From Candidatus Nanohalobium sp. (GTDB lineage: Archaea; Nanohalarchaeota; Nanosalinia; Nanosalinales; Nanosalinaceae): 62,857 bases of DNA. A program made the position numbers and the translations under genes. The stretch covers positions 1-62,857 of the forward strand of contig JBDGSL010000011.1 of NCBI GenBank assembly GCA_042217555.1, in the 5' to 3' direction. Position 1 is the stretch's first letter; every line of letters starts with the position of its first letter. Shown here in pieces: positions 50,594 to 58,973 of this stretch. The notes under the pieces were generated by a model, which ran no database searches, was not told the origin of the DNA, and saw nothing but the letters and a program-made list of their open reading frames with translations.

Positions 50594-50816
50594 ATGGACA
50601 TCCGTGAAGCAACTCCAGATAATGCTTCAGGCAGAGAAAAGCGATTTACCGGAAAACTATGGAAAAGATGACAGGATAGTAAATGTGAAGGACGTTGATG
50701 AGGATACAAAGTTCCTGTATGCGGGCTTTGAGAAGTATAGCGAAGAGCTTCGGAACGAGCTGAAAGAAAGATTCGATGCTTTCGAGGTCAATACTATCTA
50801 CGAGAAGGAGATTTAG
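50594..50816 (+). pseudogene. Possible internally deleted GNAT acetyltransferase remnant
   Basis: Starts MDIREATPDNA; another frame ends ..YAGFEKY..IYEKEI. Confidence 0.35.
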
Positions 50817-50938
50817 AGAAGTAATACCGTAAGAGTATTAAGATTACATCCCCTATACCGAGATAGGTGTTGAAGATGACAGATTCAAGATCGGTCAAGC
50901 TTTCCGAAGAATACAGAGATATGTCCAGCAGAGAGATT

Positions 50939-51421
50939 CTAGAAAGATTTAGGAGCAGAGACACCGTTTAAATTCTTTCTACTTCTATCAAGTCCTTCAA
51001 ACCAGCCCAGTTCTCCGATAGTGTACAGCACATCCGCGTTTTCACATACTGCTTTGCTTATTATGTAGCAGTCGTTTCGATGCTTGTCTATCCTGTTGTC
51101 GGTTTCCAGAACCTTTTCCATCGACTTCACAAGTTTTGAAGGCCGAGGCGTCAGCAGAAAAATAAGTTCCTGATCATAGGCACGCTTAAAGTTGAGCAAG
51201 GCCTGCTCCCTTTCGTACTCAGACTCAAACAATGACTGGTCGTGAAGCACGTTATTCACTTCGCCCAGGACATCGTGAGTCGTGGCCGGCAGCCTATTAG
51301 GATCACTTTTCACCTCATGAAGCTTTGAACGCGCCTCCGACGACTTTTCCTTATCCAGTGCCACCTCCAGAAAAACAGCACTGTCAAAAACCTCCAAAGT
51401 ATCAAAGTTTTCCTTCTGCAC
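50939..51421 (-). CDS. PIN-domain protein
   Basis: VFDSAVFL, VLGEV, DCYIISKAV..ADVLYT. Confidence 0.65.
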   Translation of the reverse strand: MQKENFDTLEVFDSAVFLEVALDKEKSSEARSKLHEVKSDPNRLPATTHDVLGEVNNVLHDQSLFESEYEREQALLNFKRAYDQELIFLLTPRPSKLVKSMEKVLETDNRIDKHRNDCYIISKAVCENADVLYTIGELGWFEGLDRSRKNLNGVSAPKSF

Positions 51422-51529
51422 ATCCAGAAATTAACTCTGACCTGTTAATAACTTCCCCCACAGCAAACAGGAAAAACCAACCGATCTAACCAAACGACTT
51501 AAAACTTTCTCACGTAACCCTGCTTACCA

Positions 51530-51577
51530 ATGAAAGGTGGACGTTTTGGACTGCCTGAGACGGCAGGCCTACGGTAG
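51530..51577 (+). promoter_or_regulatory. Putative glyS leader ORF MKGGRFGLPETAGLR
   Basis: ATG ~25 nt after a CTTAAAA box; GGTGGACGTTTT-GGA; 4 Gly codons; CTGCC/GGCAG hairpin. Confidence 0.6.
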
Positions 51578-51643
51578 TATTTCGAGTATTCTAAAACCTT
51601 CTAGAGCTTCTGCTATAAAAATTTCCAGACCGGTGATTTCTTC

Positions 51644-53362
51644 ATGGAGGATCTAAGTGAGAAAGTGGCCGAGCTGTCGAAGAGAAGAGGATTTTTCAGT
51701 CAGACGGCTGAGGCCTATGGAGGCGTCGCAGGATTCCAGACTTTCGGACCTGAAGGTGCAGAACTCAAAAGAAACATAGAAAACAGCTGGAGACGCAAAT
51801 TTACCCGTGAACTAGGACACAGGGAGATCGAAGCACCTACTATCATGCCTGAAGCTGTTTTTGAGGCTTCAGGACACCTGGACGGGTTCGATGATATGAT
51901 AATCGAATGTCCTGAGTGCGGAACAAGTTCACGGGCAGACCACATAGTAGAAGATAACACCAACGTAGAGGAGGCTGAAGCATTCTCAAAAGAGAAGATC
52001 GAGAAACTGTTCGAGGAACATCAACTGCAGTGCCCAAACTGTGGAGAGAACCTGGCCGGAGAGAAGGTCAAAGACTTCAACCTGATGTTCGAGACCAACA
52101 TCGGCCCAGGAAGCAGCAACCCGGGCTACCTGAGACCGGAGACAGCCCAGGGCATCTTCACCGAGTTCCCACGTTTCAAGGAGTACATGAGAAACCAGCT
52201 GCCGTTCGGAATAACGCAGATCGGCAAAGCATACAGGAACGAGATAAGTCCTCGCCAGGGACTGGTAAGAGTCAGAGAGTTCACCCAGGCAGAGCTTGAG
52301 CACTTCATCGACCCCGAGGAAGACGAACCAGACATTGAAGACGTTAAGGATGTCGAGCTAAAGCTTTATCCTGTATCCGAGCAGCAGAAGGAAGATGGCG
52401 AGTATCTCCATCTAACTGTCGAAGAGGCCGTCGAGCAGGAAGTCATCGAGTCGGAATGGATAGCCTACTACCTGGGATACGCCAAGCAGTGGTACAAACA
52501 GATAGGAGTTGACATGGACCGTTTCAGGTTCAGGCAGCACCTTCCCGACGAGTTAGCGCATTACTCGACGGACTGCTGGGATGCAGAATCCGATATAGGC
52601 GGCGGGGAAGAAGACTGGCTGGAGATAAGCGGTTTCTCCTACAGAGGTTGCTACGATCTCTCCAAGCACGACAAGTACTCCGAGGACGACTTCACCGTCT
52701 TCAAGGAGTACGACGAGCCGAAAATCGAGGAGGAAGCCAAAGTAAATCCGGACATGGGCTACATTGGACCGGAGTTCGGCGACAAAGCCGGCGAAATAGT
52801 GGATAGGCTTCAGGAGATGGCTGAAGAGGAACCTGAGGTCTTCGAGCAGGACGAAGTTACTGTAGAAGTCAATGGAGAAGAGTTCGAGATCCCTTCCGAA
52901 AAATGCAACTTCAGCGTCGAAAAGGTGAAGAAGTCAGGAGAACACATCACTCCTCACGTCGTAGAGCCTTCATTCGGTGTGGACAGAGTACTTTACACAG
53001 TGCTAGTCCATGCCTATGATGAGGACAAGGTTGACGGCGAGGAAAGGACTGTTATGCAGTTCAGCGAAGAGGTTGCTCCAACAGAGGTTGCCGTATTCCC
53101 TCTTATGGATAAGGAAGGACTCGGTGAGAAGGCCAGAGAAGTAGCTGACATGCTGAGAAATGAAGGCTATTCCGTCAAGTACGATGACACGGGCAACATC
53201 GGACGTCGTTACAGGAGACAGGACGAGGTCGGTACACCTGTATGCGTGACAGTTGACTACGAGACCTTGGAAGAAGAACCTGAGACAGTCACTGTCAGGG
53301 ACCGTGACTCGACGGAGCAGGAGAGAGTCAAGACGTCGGAACTGGCCGAAAGGCTCCGGTAA
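51644..53362 (+). CDS. glyS: Glycine--tRNA ligase (alpha2 type)
   Basis: KRRGF, SGH, LRPETAQG, YRNEISPR, REFTQAE, EPSFGVDR. Confidence 0.96.
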   Translation: MEDLSEKVAELSKRRGFFSQTAEAYGGVAGFQTFGPEGAELKRNIENSWRRKFTRELGHREIEAPTIMPEAVFEASGHLDGFDDMIIECPECGTSSRADHIVEDNTNVEEAEAFSKEKIEKLFEEHQLQCPNCGENLAGEKVKDFNLMFETNIGPGSSNPGYLRPETAQGIFTEFPRFKEYMRNQLPFGITQIGKAYRNEISPRQGLVRVREFTQAELEHFIDPEEDEPDIEDVKDVELKLYPVSEQQKEDGEYLHLTVEEAVEQEVIESEWIAYYLGYAKQWYKQIGVDMDRFRFRQHLPDELAHYSTDCWDAESDIGGGEEDWLEISGFSYRGCYDLSKHDKYSEDDFTVFKEYDEPKIEEEAKVNPDMGYIGPEFGDKAGEIVDRLQEMAEEEPEVFEQDEVTVEVNGEEFEIPSEKCNFSVEKVKKSGEHITPHVVEPSFGVDRVLYTVLVHAYDEDKVDGEERTVMQFSEEVAPTEVAVFPLMDKEGLGEKAREVADMLRNEGYSVKYDDTGNIGRRYRRQDEVGTPVCVTVDYETLEEEPETVTVRDRDSTEQERVKTSELAERLR

Positions 53363-53497
53363 ACAGGGAAAAACTTTTTCGGACTCTTTTCCCCCTATTT
53401 CTGGCCTTCAGAAATTATTCGTGAAGGTAAAAACCTGGCTCCTGTTTCTTTGGAAAATGCAGGGGTTGATAAAAACCTGGAGGTTTCAAACTGTTTC

Positions 53498-54502
53498 ATG
53501 GCCGAGTGCAGTAAGTGCGGGAAGGAGACGATGAGCTTCACCTGCCGTTACTGCGGTGAAAAGTTCTGCTCTGAGCACCGGCTGCCTGAAAACCATGACT
53601 GTGAAGGATTGGAGTCCGGAAAGAAAGAGGAGTATTCCTCCAGTTCCGGAAATAAGGATGAGAAATGGTTTGATGACAGGTTCTCCAACCGTAAAGAAGA
53701 TACCAGGACAAGTAAAGAGTTTCAGAGACCTGGCTTTCTAAACGAATCAGCAAGGATACTGAAGTCGAATATCACGTTGATCATAATAGGGTTAACTGCT
53801 TTCACCTACATGCTGCATGAGACCCTGCCAGTTGTAAAGGATTTTCTTACTCTTTCACCTGCCCTTACAGATGCAGCAGTTCAGGCAACAAACCAGGCCG
53901 TAGCAGAGTACAGTAACAGTACCGGTCGGAGCCTTCCCACTCCATTCATAGATAAGACTGTCTTGGAGGCACCCTGGACCCTGGCGACAGTGATGCTGGT
54001 TCACGCCAACTTTTTCCACTTCCTGGCGAACATGGCAACGTTCTACTTCTTCGGTACGGCCGTGGAGAAAGCTGTAGGAGGCGTCAAGATGCTGAAGATG
54101 TACATCCTCTCCGGGCTGGCAGCAAGCATCGCAGTAGTTGCGTTCAGAAACCTGCTTTTCCAACTCTACGGCCCTCTACACGGTTCTGTAGCGTTAAGCC
54201 CTATAGTCGGTGCTTCAGGAGCAGTAGTGGCAATGCTAGGTATAGTTGCCATGCTTTATCCGGATGCAGAAGTACTTCTGTACTTTTTCATACCGATGAA
54301 GATAAGAACCGCCGTCTACCTGTTCGGAGGAATGGAGACCTTCAACCTGTTTGCAAAAATATTGGGAGTCCATCTGCCGTTAATAGGTGGTTTTGCTTCC
54401 TCAGCACACCTGGCCGGACTAGCAGCAGGACTTTACTACGGTAAGAAACTTCAGGGCAGTTACAGCAGGAGGACAGCAGCTTTTGACCCTCTAGGCTACT
54501 GA
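53498..54502 (+). CDS. Rhomboid protease with N-terminal AN1 zinc finger
   Basis: C..C...F.CRYCG..FC.EHRLPE.H.C; H..FFH..NM, GASG, AHLAG. Confidence 0.93.
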   Translation: MAECSKCGKETMSFTCRYCGEKFCSEHRLPENHDCEGLESGKKEEYSSSSGNKDEKWFDDRFSNRKEDTRTSKEFQRPGFLNESARILKSNITLIIIGLTAFTYMLHETLPVVKDFLTLSPALTDAAVQATNQAVAEYSNSTGRSLPTPFIDKTVLEAPWTLATVMLVHANFFHFLANMATFYFFGTAVEKAVGGVKMLKMYILSGLAASIAVVAFRNLLFQLYGPLHGSVALSPIVGASGAVVAMLGIVAMLYPDAEVLLYFFIPMKIRTAVYLFGGMETFNLFAKILGVHLPLIGGFASSAHLAGLAAGLYYGKKLQGSYSRRTAAFDPLGY

Positions 54503-54503
54503 T

Positions 54504-55043
54504 TCACAGTTTTTTGTGCTCTACCTCGTAGTAAGTAACCTCGTTCTCCGTGTCGTTTACGGCCCAGAGCATGGATGCTCTGATGTTGTTAGCAAGTCTT
54601 ACCGCTCTGCTCATTTCCTGGAAGCTGAGAGTATGGTTCTCCGGAACAGCGTGGACAACATACTTGGTATGTTCTCTTTCCCGTTTGTCACCGCTCTTGT
54701 ACGGGTTAACACCTCTAGGATAGACTCTGAAATGCGCACCAAACTTGAAACCTGATTTTACGATATAACCTCTTTCACGCAGATCACTGTACGCAGGATA
54801 CTTGTAAGAAAACTCGTCATCTATCTCATCAAACCTTCTATAGGCTTCGTCACGGCCCATCTCGACGCCTTCAACCCGGAAGACCGTACCTCTGTCCATC
54901 AGGTGAAGAGCCTCACACGGAGAAAGCAGGAGAGAACCATCCTCCATGAACTTACCGTAGTACTTTTCATCATGTATCTCCTCCGCCTTTTCCTCTTCAA
55001 AAACCTTCACACCGTTCTCCGTAAACTCCGCTTCCACTTCCAT
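54504..55043 (-). CDS. endA: tRNA-splicing endonuclease
   Basis: EALHL, YSDLRERGYIVKSGFKFGAHFRVY..H, VTYY. Confidence 0.93.
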   Translation of the reverse strand: MEVEAEFTENGVKVFEEEKAEEIHDEKYYGKFMEDGSLLLSPCEALHLMDRGTVFRVEGVEMGRDEAYRRFDEIDDEFSYKYPAYSDLRERGYIVKSGFKFGAHFRVYPRGVNPYKSGDKREREHTKYVVHAVPENHTLSFQEMSRAVRLANNIRASMLWAVNDTENEVTYYEVEHKKL

Positions 55044-55093
55044 AAAGAACAAGAGGGACAGAAAAACTTTTTCTTGTTAGTGAAAAAATCCAC

Positions 55094-55789
55094 TCAGAAT
55101 CTGGAGAGATCTTTCTGATTTGACTCATCTATTATCCGCTGGGCTGTACTCCAGCTCTCTCTGGTCTCCTCCGGCAACCTACCCTTTTCCTGAAGATGTT
55201 TTTTAAGGAACTGTATTGTCGGTTTGTCATGCGGGTATCCTGATTTGAAGTCGTATCCGTACTTCCTGTGAAGCTCTTCCACATGACTCTCTCGGGCTGA
55301 CTTCGCCACGATAGATGCGGCAGACACGATAGGAAAAGTTTCGTCTGCGCCGTGCTCAGCAGTAAACTCCAGATCTATATCAGTCTTCATCAGTTCCTGA
55401 ACCTTTCCTATGAAACGGTCGCCGTCAGGCTCCGGCAAATCCATGAAGACTTCATCCGGCTCCGCCCTGTCAACCACCTCGGCAAAACCCTTCAACTCTA
55501 TCTCGTTCAAGCTCATCACGTCCCTAAGATCATCGATTTTGGAGGCTGTGAACTCAACCAGAAACACCTCACCGAGATCACCCAGTTCCCCCCTCAATCT
55601 CTCCCTCTTCTTATCCGACAGTTTCTTCGAATCCTTGACTCCTAGTTCCTCAAGCTTTTCTAAATCTTCTTCAGTGGCCGTGAAGCCGCCGATGAACATT
55701 GAGCCAATGACGGGGCCTTTAGGCTAAACAAGACCCGGAGATCCTGTCTATCTGCCTGCCTCGTCAATGCCCAGAATTTTTTTCGTCAC
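55094..55789 (-). CDS. rnhB: Ribonuclease HII in two exons (55752-55789 and 55094-55718)
   Basis: GTG start; removing 33 nt restores ILGIDEAGRGPVIG; DSKKL, VSAASIVAK, SGYPHD, RESW; 220 aa. Confidence 0.92.
55719..55751 (-). other. 33-nt BHB-type pre-mRNA intron in rnhB
   Basis: Two in-frame TAG; AGGC/GCCT 4-bp helix with AGA and AAA bulges and an ~11-bp intron stem. Confidence 0.88.
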
Positions 55790-56796
55790 AATACAATCAC
55801 CTGTTTTCCCGTTTCAGTAGTTGTCCACTCATGATCCTTCTTTTTTATAAGCCCAAGTTCCTGAAGCCGATGGAGATTCTTGTAAGCTGAATTATTGGTA
55901 ACAGAGAAATGCTCAGATATCTGACCTACCTTCAGATATTGATTTTCAAGCAGTTCCAAGTAGTTACTCTTCACATCTGAGATTATCACCGAGTTCTGAT
56001 TGTCTCTAATCCAATATGTCTGGCTGCCTGCTTTGTAATTGGTTACTTTTCCTTCTTTCTTCAGCTCCATAAGTACATCACAGAGCCGTGCCTGAGACCT
56101 GTCGAAAACCTCAGCCAGTTCTGTAGTCTGGTACGGCTCAGTCAGCTTTTCATAAGTATTCTGCTTCAATTCACCCTTCAGATAGTGTTCCTCCTGAAAA
56201 CTGCTGTAAATCTGTTTGAACTTTTCCCTTTTTCTTGGATGTAGCTTACAGATCTCATATTCTTCGAATATGTCCCAGTTGGGCTTCTTAGTGACGACAT
56301 AAGACCTTTCTTCGGGCCTGAAAAAGTAACTAATTCCTAAATGATCCATCATTTCCTCCAGAAATTCATCCCTTTCTCCCTGAGAAATCCTCAAACGCCT
56401 AGACTTCCTGGCACCCTCATAGACACTTCCTTCACCCGCAAAGAAACCCTGAAGAATATACGAGTACATATCCGGATCATCCTTTACCCTTGAAACCTTT
56501 TCCTTCCACTCCTCCACCAAGTCTCTGGACGCTAGACGGATGATATAGTAGGTCTGAGTGGCTCTATCGTCAGTGTACAGAGAAGTCTCAGCCCCATCAA
56601 ATGTATTGTAATCAGAGCCCTCACTCGGACGATACACATAAAGCCTGTAATTATCAGCATCAAAAAGACTTTGAAGCTTTCTGTAGAATAAATCCACTAA
56701 TTCAAAGCAGCTGTTAGTAAAAGTAATCTCAGCAATAGTTTTAGTATCTCCCTCAGCCAACCAAAGTCCTACACACCTAGCTAAGTCTTTATCCAT
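55786..56796 (-). CDS. Free-standing LAGLIDADG endonuclease with C-terminal wHTH domains
   Basis: VGLWLAEGD and LQGFFAGEGS motifs; stop overlaps the rnhB start (GTGA). Confidence 0.88.
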   Translation of the reverse strand: MDKDLARCVGLWLAEGDTKTIAEITFTNSCFELVDLFYRKLQSLFDADNYRLYVYRPSEGSDYNTFDGAETSLYTDDRATQTYYIIRLASRDLVEEWKEKVSRVKDDPDMYSYILQGFFAGEGSVYEGARKSRRLRISQGERDEFLEEMMDHLGISYFFRPEERSYVVTKKPNWDIFEEYEICKLHPRKREKFKQIYSSFQEEHYLKGELKQNTYEKLTEPYQTTELAEVFDRSQARLCDVLMELKKEGKVTNYKAGSQTYWIRDNQNSVIISDVKSNYLELLENQYLKVGQISEHFSVTNNSAYKNLHRLQELGLIKKKDHEWTTTETGKQVIVL

Positions 56797-56918
56797 GTAC
56801 AATACCTCTTTTCTAGAGTTATAAAGCCTTTTATCAAGTTATAGAGCGCCGAGTTCTACCGCCTCTACCAATATGAATGGTTTAAAAGAGTAAATGCCGA
56901 CTTTATGATTACAATCAT

Positions 56919-57063
56919 AGCGGGGTAGAGCAGCCAGGAGTGCTCGTCGAGGTGTTCCGTTCCGTGCGGTTCGCCGCGAACGGCTCATAAGAACACTCCA
57001 TTTTAGCGATTAAACCTTATCTGAGACACCCGGAGGTCGCTCGTTCAAATCGAGCCCCCGCTA
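56919..57063 (+). tRNA. Initiator tRNA-Met(CAT) with two introns (56950-56981 in the anticodon stem; 56990-57027 at 37/38)
   Basis: Spliced AGCGGGG TA GAGC AGCCAGGAGT GCTC G TCGGG CT CAT AA CCCGG AGGTC GCTCG TTCAAAT CGAGC CCCCGCT A; A1-U72 and three G-C pairs mark the initiator. Confidence 0.92.
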
Positions 57064-57071
57064 TATTACGT

Positions 57072-57623
57072 TTACTTGACCTTTGGCTTATTTTTAGCTA
57101 TTTCATAAATCTCTTCTTTGTCGTTTATTGACGGAACAGTTAGATAGTATGAATCATCACAGTTAGGACCATTAAGATTAGATTCAACCTTAATAGTTTC
57201 AAACAGTTTTTGAAGGTCTTTTATACCTGATTTATTCATCGACTTTATTTTAAGCCTGTTATACGTTGCTTCGTGATAGCCTTCATCGCGGACAAAGGCT
57301 CTGATCCATTCAATCTTCTTTTCAAAATCCAGATTAAATATCTTTTCTGGTATTCTCCACTCTTCAGAAGAAAGTTCTCCAAATTTACGCTCCAACTCAT
57401 CTGCTATCCTTATTGATTTCACTCTAACCTCATCTTCACGTTCGTACATTTTGACATCGAAGAGCTCACCCATATCATCCCTAAATTGGTCCAAGTTATC
57501 CTCATCGACATTAGTGTAGAGCACCATAGCTCTTCTATTACGATCAGACTCCGAAGTTTCATATCTAGTTATACATCCGTCACCACAAAGCCTAGCATGA
57601 ACTCTAACAAGCTCTACTTTCAT
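57072..57623 (-). CDS. Free-standing LAGLIDADG endonuclease
   Basis: HARLCGDGCI and WIRAFVRDEG motifs; AT-rich. Confidence 0.85.
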   Translation of the reverse strand: MKVELVRVHARLCGDGCITRYETSESDRNRRAMVLYTNVDEDNLDQFRDDMGELFDVKMYEREDEVRVKSIRIADELERKFGELSSEEWRIPEKIFNLDFEKKIEWIRAFVRDEGYHEATYNRLKIKSMNKSGIKDLQKLFETIKVESNLNGPNCDDSYYLTVPSINDKEEIYEIAKNKPKVK

Positions 57624-57664
57624 AATAAAACATACTCAGGATTAGTTATAAACTTTAACCTTAT

Positions 57665-58030
57665 CTAAGAAACTACTAACTGTTCTAATTGGCAGTACTG
57701 CCAGAATTCAGTACATCTATTTTCTTCATCAAGTTCTATGAGATAGATACCGTTCAGCACTTTTCTTTCGAAGTTCTGTGTGTATTCCAGATGCCATTTT
57801 ACTGTGTACTTGTTTTCATCTCCTGAGTAGACTTCAAAGTCTAAGTTTATGTCCTTTTGTTTGTGGATGCCTTGCCATTCTTTCCTGATTTCTTCTTTGT
57901 TCTGTAGTTTCTGGGTTGGTATTTCGTGGTATTCGACATTTTCTGAGAACAGCTCCAATACAGATTTAGGGTCTCTGTCTTTCCAATTTTTCCCGAACTG
58001 GTTGAGCCACTTCTGGATGTCTCTTGTCAT
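57665..58030 (-). CDS. SnoaL/NTF2-like protein
   Basis: W...D...LELFSENVEYHE.P, GIYLIELDEENRCTEFWQY. Confidence 0.75.
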   Translation of the reverse strand: MTRDIQKWLNQFGKNWKDRDPKSVLELFSENVEYHEIPTQKLQNKEEIRKEWQGIHKQKDINLDFEVYSGDENKYTVKWHLEYTQNFERKVLNGIYLIELDEENRCTEFWQYCQLEQLVVS

Positions 58031-58158
58031 TGAATATGGCTAGGAGGATTAGGGTTACATAATTTAAATCATTGTTCTAAAGTGTACGTATCGGAGGGGA
58101 ACCGTTGAGAGTTAGTTGCACAGAAGGGGAGTTTAAACTATGAGGTCCTCGGAAACAA

Positions 58159-58515
58159 ATGAATAAAGTTGGCAACGCGCTTATAGGATTGATGCAGGAT
58201 CTATCCCGTCTCTCCACGAACGGAGAGGCCGAGATCAAGGTGAACGAGGAGCTGTGCGAACCTGAAAGGTTTAAAGCTCTTTTCCAGCATTTTGCCCGCG
58301 GAACCATACTTGAAAGAGTAGATATGGAAGTAGACACTCTTGAGACGAAGGTAAACTGCAGCTGCGGATATGAAAACAAGCATGAGGGAGATCACAACGG
58401 GTACACACGTTGCCCGAGATGTGGAAAATTCGCAGAAGTACAGGACAACGCCTACGAACTGGTAAAACCAGATCCCAGTAAAGCCGGCGAGAGAAAGACA
58501 ATCAGGTTCTCATAA
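58159..58515 (+). CDS. HypA-like zinc-binding protein
   Basis: PE.F..LF.HFARGTILE, CSCG, CPRCG. Confidence 0.7.
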   Translation: MNKVGNALIGLMQDLSRLSTNGEAEIKVNEELCEPERFKALFQHFARGTILERVDMEVDTLETKVNCSCGYENKHEGDHNGYTRCPRCGKFAEVQDNAYELVKPDPSKAGERKTIRFS

Positions 58516-58679
58516 TTTTTCGATAATTTAACTCTCACGTTCAAGTTTACAGTATACAACCTATGCCAGGGTCGAAGACTCTCCGAGTCTTCTCGACACC
58601 AACAAATCTACGGTTTGCCGGGGGGTAGCCAAGTTAAATCTTGCCAACCCGGCCGATCAGAGAAAAAATTAACATGCAC

Positions 58680-58830
58680 GCCGGGGTAGCCAAGTGGCCA
58701 AAGGCGACGGACTCAAGACCTCAAGTTCTCAAGCCATCTGGGGAGAGAACGAGGACTCAGAAGCAAGTCCTTAACGAGCTTCGATATCCGTTCCCGCAGG
58801 GGTTCGCAAGTTCGAATCTTGTCCCCGGCA
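58680..58830 (+). tRNA. tRNA-Leu(CAA) with a 68-nt intron at 37/38 (58718-58785)
   Basis: GCCGGGG TA GCCAAGTGGCCAAAGGC G ACGGA CT CAA G^A TCCGT, variable arm, GCAAG TTCGAAT CTTGT CCCCGGC A. Confidence 0.93.
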
Positions 58831-58973
58831 AGATTCTTCTTCCTAAGAAAACTCTGAGAGTTTTCGGAGTTCAAATCCTGCCTCCGGCATCCAATTTTCT
58901 CAATACACTAGTAGCTATGAACTTGACAACTACTCTGAATATCGAGAAGGAAGTAGACAAGAAAAATTAGAAT

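Noticed and set aside
50877..50972. 31-codon ORF MTDSRSVKLSEEY.. with an SD-like motif
   Set aside because: Too short, overlaps the PIN gene end; cannot be supported
51533..51550. T-box riboswitch reading of AAAGGTGGACG
   Set aside because: No stem I/specifier or antiterminator structure; the in-frame uORF explains the motif better
56949..56957. C/D sRNA D guide matching pre-tRNA-iMet GAGGTGTTC
   Set aside because: Only 9 nt, and the predicted methyl site would fall inside the intron; likely coincidence
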